The notes below the pieces were generated by a model. The model saw only the letters and a list, made by a program, of their open reading frames with translations. It made no database searches and was not told where the DNA came from. This document shows positions 35,377-48,365 of a stretch of DNA of 64,000 nt, piece by piece. Made by a program: the position numbers and the translations under genes. This DNA is from Blastocladiella emersonii ATCC 22665. Lineage: Eukaryota > Fungi > Blastocladiomycota. Numbering within the stretch: position 1 is the first letter of the stretch; the number at the start of each line of letters is the position of its first letter. The stretch covers positions 1,426,001 to 1,490,000 of the forward strand of contig JANHCV010000009.1 in the NCBI GenBank assembly GCA_025594325.1, in the 5' to 3' direction.

Positions 35377-36400
35377 ATGGAAGCTCATGAACTCCGTGCA
35401 TTGCGCTTTGCGTACCTTCCCGCTGAACTTGTCGCGACCGTTCTGCAGCTTGCGATCCCGCGGCCTGTTGTCCCTCTCTCTCGACCAGCGGCTGGCTTTG
35501 CGGCGGTCTTGGCGAACCTGGCGAACCCGTCAAACCGTCAAACCATCAAACCAGTGAGTGAGTGAGTGAGTGGGTCGGTCCAATACCACGCGCTTCGCTT
35601 CCCGGTTTGCGCCACCGTTGGCCGACTGGCTCAAGGACTTGCAACCAGCTTCACCGAAACGGGCGGAGTACTTCTCAAGCATGCGCCGGCCTGCTGCAAT
35701 CGCCATGGAACCTCGCCGATTACCGCCCTTTTCCCACCCACACTTTCTTGCGCACGACTTGGTGGGTCGTATGCGCTGCGCCCTTGCGTGTTGGAATCTT
35801 GCCTCAAGGAGCGGCTTGCCCCGCCCGCTTGGCAAGCGAGAGCTTCCAAGCGCGATGGCAAATGGCCGTCCAAGCCCAACGACACCTTTGAAGAAACCTC
35901 CGCTCAAACCGCAGGGCGCAAATGACCGCTTGACGCCAAGTCCGCGCGACCTTTGCCGCCAGAACTCGCGATCGCGATGTACGCCGAGCCGACTCTTCTA
36001 TACCACAAATGGTATTGTCCTGCCCGCCATCTTGCTTTTATTACGCGATGCGCAGTTCTTTGCGCTGCGCCGGATCGCTCGCATGGTTGCCGCGGCAGCG
36101 TTGTGTGTGTTGCTCTGCCCATCACGCTGCTGAAGTGGACGACGCGTTCGGCAGGAGCACGTTTGCCCACTGGCCTGCCTACACTTGTCGAGATACTAGA
36201 TCGGCGTGGCTCCGTTCCGTCTCTCGCTGCCCGACAAGGCTTGCGGTGTGGTCGGGTCGGTACTCTTGCGTAGTTTGCTGGCGCGACCCGCGGAATTTGC
36301 GTAGACCGAAACACGGGCCCGTCCGTCGCTGCTCTTCTTGCCAACCGAAAAGTGCAGCACTGACTGAATGCACCCTCCCCACTCCTGCGGCGGTTCAACA
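35377..36400 (+). pseudogene. Family A N-terminal fragment, heavily decayed
   Basis: MEAHELRALRFAYLPAELVATVLQLAIPRPVVP is nearly identical to the 41281 start, followed by an insertion (gtgagtgagtgagt) and frame breaks. Confidence 0.65.
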
Positions 36401-36964
36401 CTTATGATGGTGATGGGTTATTTCTATTTTCTTTCGGCCGCTTGAGCCCCCATCAAGCTCGTGTGGCAATCATTGCTGGTGTCGGCGGCAGCACTTGATG
36501 GGGATTCCAGCAATACGTTTGGTTTGCCACAGCGCACGATTTATTCGCTCTTTCGTCCGCGAGGTTACCTACCTCACTCGTAAGCCTTGGAATCCGACTC
36601 GGCGGCATCCATTGGAAATTGCGCTCGCTCGCCTTGGGTTATTTCTGGGTGGTCACTGAGCTGGTTGGTGGTTGGTGGTTGGTGGTTGGTCCTGGTCCGC
36701 TGTGCGCAGGTGATCCACATCCGTCCGTTCTTGCCCGCGGGTCCTCAACGCCATCCTGCCCTTGAGATGAAACGAAGAAAAAAAAAAAAAACGCAATGCA
36801 CCTATATTCTAGTCTAGATCTTGCCAGCGCGCGCGAGGCCCAGCGTCGGAGTCAGAGAGTCAGAGAGTCAGAGCTTCTGACCAGGCTTCTGACGCGTCGC
36901 AACGCGTCCGCACTCCCGCTCCCCACACCACGACTTTGCATGTATATAGACGAAGGACTGCACC

Positions 36965-37929
36965 ATGGAGCACTCTAATGACTTGATGCAACGGGCATAT
37001 CTGCCACCAGAGATCCTTGAGCCGGTTTTTGCCCTCACCCTTCTTCCGCGCCGTTGGTTTGGGGCGGCCTCGCGCGCCAGCTACAGCGCCGTCACTTCCA
37101 AACTCGGCCGCTCCACTTGGGCGCGGCTGGCCATGGACAGTATCTACAGCGTCACCTTTGAGCAGTATTCCAACTGCTGCTTTGAAACGGACGGGACTGT
37201 GGTTGACCGCCAACCCGGTGCCGCGCTCAACTTGCAGTACCCACGCGCGGCGCAGCTGCAGGTCCCCTTCACGTGGTACCTCAAGTCGCTCATCCCGGGC
37301 AAGCTGCGGGATGGTTCCGGCGGCCTTTGCGGCGGCGACGACCCTGCACTGGTCCGCGCGCGCACATCGCACCCGTTTTTGGCCGCGGTCCTTGACACCC
37401 TCTATCGGCCGCAAGACTCGCCGGGACTGCAAAGACTTGGCGCGCGCCAGGCTCGCGCGGCTGAGCAAAGCCAGGTAAACGGCGCCAACGACTTCACGGC
37501 CACCGCGCTCCAACTTCGCTCTGCCTTTTCACACGCGCCCGAGCTCCTGATGCTGCCCTGCTTCTTCCTCATGGTCAACGACCCGGAGAACATGGACAAA
37601 TGCCTCGCTCGGCTCAAGGCCCTCCTACCCGGCCTCGCCCGCATCCGCGCGCCCATTGAGGCGTGGCTGCCCTTATGGATCGCCGAGGACACAGCGACCC
37701 GCTTGCGACTTGACACCGCTCTCTTGCACGCACGCCGCGCCAACCACTGCGTAACGTTCCTCGAGTCGCTAACGCTGGCCTCACTGGTCTACTGGAAGCC
37801 CAGCCCCCTTTACACAAGCCTCGCCCACAACATGACCAAGTCGCGGCAGTTTGTAGCCTTTGCGTCCGACCCTTACGTGTGCGCGGCGTACCATGCTGTC
37901 AGCTGGCACAGACTCTTGGGCGGCCTGCG
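36965..37929 (+). pseudogene. Family B N-terminal half, truncated by unrelated sequence from ~37930
   Basis: F-box-like YLPPEILEPVFAL. Homology ends at VSWHRLL (compare DAWKRIL and ASWSHIL in paralogs), and the C-terminal half is absent. Confidence 0.55.
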
Positions 37930-40900
37930 TGTCACGGCGCAGCGTGACAGTGTGGCGGACCGTGGCGCGAGTGGCGCCGCCAGTTTCCTGTCTCGGACGC
38001 GTGTGTTGGTGTTTGGTATTTAACCTGGAGGAGCGGTCCGCCCGGTCCTCGCTCCTTGCAGAACAAGATCAATTATTACATCACCGTAATACTCGCCCGT
38101 CCAACCACCCCTGGGACCTGACCCTCACACTGCGCAACATGTTTGAGTCCAGCCTCAGTTCCAACCATGGACCACGGCTTTGATTGCTTGCGCGGCAGAT
38201 TACCATGTTTTTCCGCAGCCACGTTGCTCATGGCCGTGGTGGCGTTGGCCACGGACGCGTGCCCGCCACACGCCTTGTACCTGCGCCGCTGCTCTCATCA
38301 CTGGCACCACAGACTAAAGCTACAGCTGAGACCCAAGTGTGTGCGCAGCACACACACCTAGTTTTTATTAGACTCAGCTGAAACCAATGCGGGGATTCGG
38401 AGACTTGGAAAAAGAATCGAAACGCGTGCATTGGGGTCGGAGGTCAAGACTGAAAACGGATCTGTGCTTTGGGTCACGCACGTGAAGGTTGATGTGCTTG
38501 GTAGCTTCAAATTGCTCAAACAAAAACTCAGCTTCGCTAAATCTACAGCTGAGAATAATGCATGGAGTTGGATGGCCAGAGCTCGAGTTTCAGTCAGGGC
38601 ACAAGAGATGGAGGTCAGAGCGGTCAATAGGTGACACGTCTCCCAGTGTTGCGCCACCTGGCTGCGCCACCCGCTGTGCCACTGCTATCCGGTCCGAAAC
38701 TTGGTTCAACCAGGTCTCGCTGGCCGGAAAGTTGAAAGCGCCAATCCGACCAACCAAGCCGGAGCTTTACTGAGCTTTACTGCGCAGAGTTGGAGCTGAA
38801 AGAACTGAAAAGGCGAAAGTTGGAGGACGGATATTGGAGGCTGTAAAGGCGGTGAGCGCGAGTACCAGTGGTCAAAGCGGGACGAGAGTAGTATCAGAAT
38901 CTTCGTTAGAAACAATCGTTCCCATTGCCGGAAGTCAAAGAGTTGGCCAAGCTGTTGGATCACCAAACTGTGACAGAAACGGAAGCGACAGTTGGCGCCC
39001 AAGGAAAACTGACAGTCATGAGCGTTCAAACTAATCTTGAAATTGGTCCCAAGTGGTGGGTCGCGCTTGACATGGCATTCCCTTGCCCTGCAACAAACAA
39101 CAAAAAGGTATTGTTTTGGAGAAACAACAGCAACCTCACCGCCCTTCAGCGGCCGCAAAACCGCAACGGCTTGGAACGCGAGGGTACAGTGCATCCGCTC
39201 TTGATGAGACAACGTAGTGCTGCGCTCAGCTTTTGGAGCACCTCAACGAATCAAGCGATTCTCTCCCAATCAAGGCCAAGAATTTTTGAGGAACCGAGCC
39301 AGATACGGAGCAGAGATGGAGAGAAGTGTTGTGAGTACTTCTAAACGACGGACGGCGGGGCGAGATGAGGTGTGAGCAAATCGAAGTGCATCGGAGGTGA
39401 CCGCAAAGAGCGACCCACACTTGCGCACGCACAACGCCCGCTTCTCCAGATCGCAACCACACACACATCACATCGGGGAACGCGTCTGAGGCTCACAGGC
39501 AGGGGATGATGCAACGCGCCGCGCGGCGTCTGCTTACACAGTGTGCGCACTTGCCTAACGCGCAAGGCGGTGGTGCACCAATACGCGGGACGCCTGGCGG
39601 CGGGGAGGTTGCTGGAACGCGCGGCGCAGGGTCTGCTAACACAGTGTGCGCACTGGGCAGACGCGCAAGGCGGTGGTGCACTGATACGCGGGATACACAA
39701 CGGCACGATCTGCTGCCGTGAGCGCAAGGTGGCGCACATGTTGATGTGAGGGAGAACGGAGGTGGGCGGCTGGGCTAACCGCGCCAGCGGCCCCGTGTCA
39801 ACCACTGCAGGCACTGGGACCCGCCACCGGGGCAGGCTGCGATTCCCGCCCTGGTGCTCGGCCGCTTGCACGGTCCGCGGCCCGCGCCAGCACAGCGGGC
39901 GCAAGTGAGGTGACTGCATGGCAGCAGGAAAGTGGGGAAGCGAATTGGAGGAAGCGGAGGCCGTACGTACATCAAGCTTCAAGGGCGAGCAGGGCTCATA
40001 ACCAGTTGAAGCGTACAGGTGCAGGGTGCGAGAGGAAGGTTGAGCACAATGCACAGAAGGCTGAGGAGATGATGGAGATGGTGATGGGCACAGCGAAGGA
40101 GGTAGACACAGAAAGGGGGGAAGGGTGTATAACGACGGCTAATAGTAGCAGCGATCCAGAACAAAACAAGAGGGAGCGGAGACGCCCGCTCGAGGTGAGC
40201 GTGCGACCCCACGGCGAGGCAGTCCGCCAGCGGTGATTGGAGTGACACTGGCGGCACGTGCCACTTGCGTGATTGCCCAACGCGTCTCTCGCAGTTGGGC
40301 CAGCGTGCGCGTGTGTGCTTGAACTGTGCACGACACCTGTCACACAACGGATGCCACAAAACAGGTGCGTCACTTTGATCTTCATCCAGCACCAGGACCT
40401 GCTGCAACTGCAACGTCTTGCAGCGCGTGGTCAAATACTTTGGTTCACATTGATCAGATGTCTTTTTCGGCCAGCACCCAGACCAGCTTGACGACTAGAG
40501 CGACCAATTGCCCATCACAGCGCATAACTTGGTGCACGACGTGTGGAATACAATGGCCCCCGCAAACAACGCTTGTTGCCTTGGACTCTTGTCATTGAAA
40601 GCAGCGGTCTTGACAGAGACTCCTACAGCTGAGAGTCAACCCCATCGCCCCAGACTACTGTCTTGCGTGCGAGTCCCCAAATCTCCTCTACAAGCTGCTT
40701 AGCTTGGTGTCACATGCGCGTTTGGCATGGTGTGCAGTTTGAGGGCGTTGGTTGAGCTCACGCACGCCGCGCTGGTGCTAATGGTCTTGCAGCTTGGTGG
40801 TAGCCCTCAAGACCCCACACGGCAGTGCCCTAGTCTGGTGCGCGTCGCGTGCATGGTTCTGTCATCAACTTGTATTGGGGTTGCATCTGAAGAAAATATG

Positions 40901-41280
40901 GAGTGGTGGTGGAAAGGAATGGTTTCAGCTCATGGAGAGGTACACCACGGGACCTGGTTCGACTCTCGGCCAGGGTACGTTCATCTGATACAGGCCGTAC
41001 AGTGTCTGAGATGTCGTACCGAGCAAGAGATATCCCGAGCACGTGAGCGTGCCAACCGGCATTTCCGCTGATTTTTTTTGCAAGCAAATTTAGTCTCGAA
41101 AATATCATCAAGTGGTTTGTTTGAAGTTGTCGCCACTCGACACGCTGAGGACGCGTTGCGCCACAGACGAGAGTGACAGGCCGCTCGCGTGACCGCGCTC
41201 ACAAAACGGGTGGCGCTTTTCGAACGCGCAATCGCCCACTCTTCTCCCCCGCCTCACCTTAAACCACATGCAACTTCGCC

Positions 41281-43876
41281 ATGGAAGCTCATGAACTACG
41301 TGCAACGCGCTTCATGGACCTGCCCGCTGAACTTGTCACCACGGTCTTAAACCTTGCGCTCCCGCGGCCGGCCATCCCGCTGGCGACTCGAGGTTTCTCG
41401 GCAGTTGCTTCCAGAAAGACAACCCAGTGGATCTGGCGGTGCACATTTATGTTCGAATCGAGCCTTTTTGGGTGTACGGCGTCGCAGCGGTATGGCCAGG
41501 GAGCTGCAGTTTGAGTACTACCTTGAATACCTCGGCTTTTGCAAGTGGGCTGCTTCCCGTGCCAGGACGCATGACAAATTTCTTTGGATGCCTGGTCTTG
41601 ATGCCTTCGATATCCCAACGCTCAGTCGACTCCTTGCCCGATTTACCCAAGACTTACGCGACCTCCCCGACTGCCCGTCGAAAGATCCACTGAGCATGTT
41701 CAGCGATCCACATGCTCATTTTCGCCACAACATCCACTGCCCACCGTGTTCGCGCATTTTTTTTTGCTGCGCTTGTCGCACTGTTGTTTGCAGCGCAAGG
41801 CCGTCTTGGGCACCTCGGCGCTGTTCTAGATTCGCTTGTTCCGTTCCGCTTCGCTTGCCACCGCATGACTCTTGTGCAGTGGAGCATCCCTGGGCTCGAC
41901 TGGCGATGCAAAACCAGTCTGGCAGTCCGCGGTCACTTCCGCGATGTGGAGCATTTCTTACGCCTTGCCTTTAACCCTGTCCCCCCTCACAATTGGCCGA
42001 CCTTCATCGAATACCTTGCGCTCTATGAGTTGATGTGGTGGCGACCCGAGGTACTTGCCCTTCTCGATTTGCCGGAATACGGACTGGACAAGCCCCGCTT
42101 CCTTCAAACAGTTTACGAATGCGACCATCTCGGAGTTGCTTTGGCGGCGTACTACCCCTCGCTCACACCGAAACGCGTGGTCGACACCCTACATTGGTTT
42201 GTTGGCGACAGTGGCGAGCTGGTCGACCGCGACCGCTGTCCCTCCGTGGCGGCATTCTTTGCCCACGAGTTTACCACCGAGTGTATTCTCGAAGTCGTCC
42301 GCCGGCTTGACACGTACGAAGGGTTCTTGCATCTTGAGCAGGAGGATCAGGATTTATTGATCACGGCGGCGCTGAGCGAAGCCCGCTTTGAAACGGCCAT
42401 CATACCAGGTGACTCCAATCAACACGAGGACATTATTGTGCGCATTGCGAGGCTCGGCGTTGCTGACGAGGCTCGTATGACCAAGGTGCTCCTTGCTCTC
42501 ATTGAACTGAAGTCAGACAACTTGTATGATTTTGCTAGCTACGCGTTCGAGCGTCGTGGCAGCAAAGTCTTCACCGACGGTACATTTTCCGCATAGCATG
42601 CGACATTGTTCGAGATTATACTGACGCCCACTTCCGTGAGCTAGCCATGCTGCTCGCGCTTGGGGTGGACGAACACGGACGTCTCACAAGTGTTGGTCTC
42701 GACACGGGCGCTGAGCCTGTCAGTATTGAAGGGCCGGACTTGAATCTTGACGGCGAGTCTATCGCACACACCGCGTTCGTCTCATACGCGGCAAGGCGCA
42801 ACCTTCGCGATACAGTTCGCAACATCACCGCGATTCTTGAACTCGGAATGCGTCAGTCACTCGACGAGCAGCACTTGCTCAGTTACTCAACTCTCACGGT
42901 CCTTGCCCAACGTGGGCTCCTCAACGACGTGAGCGCCTTCCTCGGAAAACATCGCGGCTTGGTCAACGCGCTCAAAACTTACCAGCTTGCGATGGTCAAC
43001 TCTTTCGAAAGCTCTCAAAATCGCTTTGAGCCCCGCCTCGCTGTCCCTTACGGCCGGCTCCTATTGGCGCTTCTCTGCGATCAGGCCACTGCCCTGACGA
43101 CGCTCACGTTCCTCAACGAGGTGGATGACCGACGCCTACTTCCGTGCGCTCACTGGCAGTTCCACCAGCTTCTCCTGCCCGAAATCCGGCGCGGCGCGGG
43201 TGCGATGCCCCGCTGGGGCATGAGCGCAGCGGGGTACGTAGACACGCTACCCCTCATTTGCTCGACGCGCAAGGGCTTGGACAACGCGACTTTACTTGAG
43301 CCGTCAGTCGCTCCACCAGCACGCCCATCAAACACGTCCGCTTCATCTCTTCCTAATGATCTCCCAGAGTCATCATGGGCACCGTGGCAGTATGCGCTTC
43401 ATTGCATGCTCACCAAGGTCCCCAACTTTACGCTCACCGCCGACACGATCCCCGAGCCCGTCCGTCGCATGTTGTTCTCTCGCGAGGCACTCTTTCGCGC
43501 TGACTTTTTGCGCCGCGGCGAGTCGGCCAGCGGTGTTCCCGGTCCCGGCACCGAGACGGCGTGGATCATCGAGCAGCTGTACCGCGCGGCGCCCGCGGTC
43601 CTGATCAACGACCTCGTTCGTGTCGGCGTTACGAGTCCGTCCTGTGTTTGGCGGATGCTTCCGCGCGGCGCACTCGATGGCGTGCGTTCGGCCAAGTGGC
43701 TTCTCGCTGCTGCAATCGTGGCACTTGACCGGTTCCGTGGAAAGTATGCGGCACTCCGCGAGGCCCTGGCGGATCTGTTAGCGGCGGCAGATGCGACCGC
43801 CAAGTCGGCCGAGTTCCGCGGCATATTCAAGATCGAGTGCGAGCGGCGCGCACTTGATCATTCGCGGCTCGTGTAG
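41281..43876 (+). pseudogene. Full-length family A member with two frameshifts (~41480 and the T-run at ~41760); intron ~42580-42645
   Basis: ORFs 41281-41514, 41354-41974, 41712-42596 and 42647-43876 tile one protein ending LPRGALDGVRSAKWLL...ECERRALDHSRLV. Confidence 0.8.
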
Positions 43877-44365
43877 CTCGAATCACTCTCTCCTCCGGTT
43901 GTGTCGTTCCTGACAATATAATCAGCATCTCTCTCCCAAGTTTCTTGCCTTTCCTGCTCAGACACTCTGACTCGCAAACCTTCCGGCGATGACCATCATG
44001 TTCCGATACTCCTGTTCCTATTCGCTTGCTTCGGACCCCCTGCTCCGCTGCTTCAGCACCAATTCTCCAACTTCCATGTCCTTACTGCCCTGCTCCTACC
44101 ACCTTGCTCTCGAACGAGCGTGGACGCGTCGCGCCACTCAGCCACTGTGGCGGAACTTGAAACACGTCGGGGGTCCTGATCACTGACCTGATCCGGACTG
44201 AGGGCCCTGAATCAGGCGGATCGGGACGCCGAACACCGGTCCTCGGTGAAGTGGGACATCCCGCCAGCACCACCAATCAGGCCGTCGCTCACCAGCGTCT
44301 CCGCCGCCGCAGTTCCTGCCTCACTTTTTGCGAGCCGCGTGACTAGTCGTCGCCGTCACGGTGCG

Positions 44366-44913
44366 ATGGCCGGGCCATCGCACCGCCTGCGCCACGTCTA
44401 CTCACGTCCCCACCGTCCTCCCCAGGCGCGACTCTACGCAACAATCGACCAAACGCCGTTCGGCCTGCACTCGCCGGACGGCCGGCGGCTGCACTACCCA
44501 GAGTCGCTGGCCGAGATCGACGAGGCCGCAATGGTGAAGGAGGGCAAGAAGTCGGTGGCCGAGATGGCCGCGCGCGGCTACCACCGCGTTGCGCGGCGGT
44601 TCTGGCGGTACGGGCTGTCCGGCGGCCCGTGGCAAGAAGGGCGTGACGGGTCCGGCACCGGGTGACCGCGTTCCAGGCGGCGGTCCTTGCCCGCGACGAC
44701 CTGTACGTGCGCGCGGAGGCGGGGGAGATCGTGCTGGCCGACCCGCAGGAGCTGGCAAGGAAGAAGCACCCAGATGTGATCGAGGAGCGGCTGTATCGCC
44801 CGTCGTACAAGGACGTGCTCGCGCGCGGGTCGATCAAGCTCAATAATGCGTACCGCGACTTTGACACGATCGCGGCTGAGCTGCGCGCGTACCTTGCGCG
44901 AGGTGTGCCTTAA
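44366..44913 (+). CDS. Small hypothetical protein, possibly spliced or frameshifted
   Basis: Two adjacent coding-like ORFs (44246-44665 and 44662-44913) with host-like GC3. No recognisable motif. Confidence 0.3.
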
Positions 44914-45060
44914 CCCGCTGGCGACGGCGTCGGTTCTGACGGGCCTGTTGGCGAGCGAGTAGTCCGTGTTGTATCATTCAACCTTACCGCCTCCCTCTCA
45001 AACCGACGCGCCGCGCCACACCACGACCTACAAACAACTACAATACATCTACTCGTTCAC

Positions 45061-46750
45061 TCACTCATGCAACACCGCGACCATCGCCTCGGCATACTCC
45101 GCCCCCGCCACCATCTTCCCCGCGACCCGCCGAATCTCCTTGACCACCTCCCTCGCCCCCTCCCTGTCCCCGACCTTGACCCCGTGCTCCCTCGCCGCGA
45201 CGACCGCGCGCGCGACCCACGTCGCGTCGCGCACCCTGTCGAGCTTCCCGTCCGGCACCGCGCGCCAGAACGCGAGCGGGTACGTCGTCCCGTCGTCGTC
45301 GTCACCCGCGAGCACGTCGAGCAGCCCCGCGAGGTCCGCGTCCGCGAGCTGCCGCACCGTCTCGCGCAGCGGGTGCTTGACGGCCTGGCACGCCGCGCGG
45401 CACGGGGCGGATTCGGACGGCGTGTGCGACTGCGAGAGCCGCGCGGCGGACGTGGGGCGGGCGTTGGCGAGGTCGGGCACCGACTTGAGCAGCCCGAGCA
45501 GGTCCGCGACGACGGGCAGCGGGATCTCGCGCGTGGCGCGGGGGAACGCGGCGAGGAGCCGCGCGACGGCCGTCTGCCACGCTTGCTGCGCCGAGAGCGG
45601 ACACTCGCCGCACGCGTTGCGGTGTGCGGACAATTTGACGGCGTGGCGTCCAACGCGCCCGTGGATCTGCGCGCTCAGCATGACACCAAGAAACAGCGGC
45701 GCGGTGTCCGTGTCGCGCATGAGGGCGACGGCGCGGTCGCGTTCCGCCAAATCCAAAAGGGCGGCGGCGGGGACCCACGCGAGCGCGGTGCAGGACGCGG
45801 CGGCGTACTGCGCGACGCACGCGTTGGCGAGGAGGAGCATGTCCCACAGCGACGCGGGCGCGTGGGCGCTCGAGAAGACGTGTTTCAGGTCCCGCGCGGC
45901 CTCGGTCTGCTGTACGCGCGACGGGCCGTGGAGCGCGGCGACGCGGTCGGAGAGCGTCGAGGCGAGGTCCGAGGCGAGGGCGAGCATCGGAGCGTCGTCG
46001 GCGAGGTGCGTGCGGGCGAAGGCGAGCAGGAGGTGTGGGCGGGTTTCCGGGTTGAACCATGAGATGCACTTGGAAAAGGCTAGAAGCGCGCACGGGAATC
46101 AGTACGGGTCGGTGAGATTCAAAAATGTAACGTACTGGCGACGACGACGCGCTGCAGCCAGTCATCCAGCCGCTCAGCCACAAACTCGGTCGAGCACGGC
46201 GTCCAGTTCGCCGCTTCCCCGCGCAGCGCCGCGCACAGGACCGCGGACCACCCGGCGTCGTTGAGCAGGCCGTGGTAGTCGAGCACCTCGACCGTGTCCT
46301 GGGCGCACGGCACTGTGTTCTTCCGGATGCGGTCCGCGAGCTCGTCGCGGTCTTTGGGGAGGACCGACTCGAGGACGTGCGGCGGCGCCGTGGCCAGGAC
46401 ATGCTCAAGCACCGCAACAGGCCGGACGGCCGCGAGGTACAGCGCGAGATGCGGCTCGCCGGACCGGCACTGCGGCCTAGTCCACGCGTGGGCGAACAGC
46501 CAGTCAAACATGGCGGTCGCGTCGTCGGCGACTGCGGGCGGCATGTCGGTCGGGATCAGCGACAGGAGCTTGTCGTCGTTCCACATTGGGCGGACGAGGT
46601 CCACGACCAGGTCGGGGTCGGGCGAAAACTCGGGCGCGAGGAGCACGCCGAGCGAGCGGCCGCTCCACTGGTACACGCTCAGGACCGCGAGAAAGTCGGC
46701 GAGCCGCAGGTCCCGCGCGTGCGCGAGGAACGGCCGCGAGTACACGTTCC
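45061..46750 (-). pseudogene. Family B member missing ~230 N-terminal residues, cut by the viral insertion
   Basis: LRLADFLAVL aligns with VRLVDFLGIL of the 13383 paralog, and the C-terminal half (APLFLGVMLSAQIHG..CGEC) aligns with 11336-12016. Homology stops at ~46750. Confidence 0.75.
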
Positions 46751-46752
46751 CC

Positions 46753-48339
46753 AATGCCAAAGAGCTCCTTGACGTCTGGGTGCCTTACATCCTTGCCTTT
46801 GACTACAAGGTGACGCCCGAGAGCTATGCCAACGACTTTGGCTGCAAACGAGGCGACTCGCTGTTCTACCTCAGGCACCAGGACGGCGTCACTGGGTACG
46901 AGGTCAAGGACCTCCAGGAGCACGTCCAAGATACGCTTAAAGCGTGGGAAGAGCACCAGGCAACAGGCAAGGTCACTTGAGTCCCAGTCGCTCCACCAGC
47001 GGCAAGCCCCAGACCAGAGGCCCCCAAGTCGGCCACGGACAGCGACAGGGGCAGCAGCGAAGAAGAACGCGACGAGCTGGCAGAAGAGATCTCACAAGCC
47101 CTGGACGTCATTGACGAGGACGCTGTACCAGACCACTTGCTCCCCGTGCCCGTCCGGCCAGTCATGCCCGAGCAGTACCCGGTCGAGGCCGGCGACTATG
47201 TTGGTCAAGACATTGACAAGTACGGCGCCATGATCCCCGGCCAGTACCTGATCCAGAATGACAATGACGGCGGCAACGACCCGCCCCCAAGGCTTGACAA
47301 CGGCACCCGCGACCTCGTGGTCATGCCACCAAGCTACGGCCCGGACGTGGCACAGCGGCAAGGTGTGTACAACGAGGGTCACGTCCACCCAGCCATGGAC
47401 GAGGCACGCATGATCGAGGGCTCCAAGGACTTGCAGGTCTACAACCCCGAGCGGGCGCTGACAACCACGGACAACATGGAGGTCAACGTTGTCCAGAACT
47501 TTCAACAGTTTAACCAGTTCGTGTACAACAGCTACACGCAGCAGAACACGCAGAACGTCGACATGCGGCAGTTCATCACCCAGTACGAGAACAACTACTA
47601 CAAGCAGAACGTGGACATGCAACAGCAGATCCTGGTCCAGTACAACAATGACCCAAACGTCATGGCCGCGCTCGAGCTCATTGCCTCGCAGTTTGCTGGG
47701 TCCCAGGTCATGCAGTTCCAGGCGTACCAGGCGCTCATCGAGCAGTCGGCGGCCGCTCAGGGACTGGCCATGGACGCATTTGCCAACCTCGCGTCTGGGA
47801 TCGTGGACACGCTCCGAGCCAAACGCAACGACTTTGTCCGCCAGATTGACGCTGGCAACCGCGCGCTTGTGTCTGAGATTGCCACGGGCATGTCCTCTGC
47901 GCTCAGCAACCAGCAGGTGCTCATGAACCAGCTTGCAAGCGGCGTCCAGGGCGCGATCCAAGGGCAGACCCAGAGCAACAAGGCCATGACCAAGACGCTC
48001 CAAGACCTTGGGTCCAAGCTGGACACGATCCCTGCACCCCAAGTCATTGTCCAGCCTGCCGACACAAGCGGCCTCGAGGCCATGATCAGGGAGCTGGCCG
48101 CGCAAAACAATTCTGGTGGTAGTTCTAAGAAGACCGACATGCTCCTCGAACAGATCCTCAAGCAACTGGGCTACAAGAAGCCGACCAACGCGAAGCTGTT
48201 CACAGACAAGCGGGCAGCGGGTAGCGGGCTGACAGCGCCCAAGATCCAGCGTCACCAGAAGATCCCTGAGCGGCCCGTCAAGCAGGTCTGTGAGACCCCA
48301 AGGCGCAGCGGCATTGTGCTTGACCTCGGCTGGGACTGA
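46753..48339 (+). pseudogene. Viral large Q/N-rich helical protein (>=528 codons), 5'-truncated, with an internal TGA at 46978-46980
   Basis: NAKELLDVWVPY...GKVT*VPVAPP... reads in frame into ORF 47137-48339; the 156 nt between them is in frame. Confidence 0.7.
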
Positions 48340-48365
48340 CACCCTTTTTTGTTGGCAGTCTTTAA

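Noticed and set aside
37930-38636. Confident solo LTR call
   Set aside because: It has TG...CA ends, but no matching 4-6-bp TSD, PBS or PPT. It is kept only as part of a low-interest finding.
40935-40980. GGTTCGACTC as a tRNA T-loop
   Set aside because: The T-stem is mismatched, and no acceptor stem, D-arm or anticodon arm can be built.
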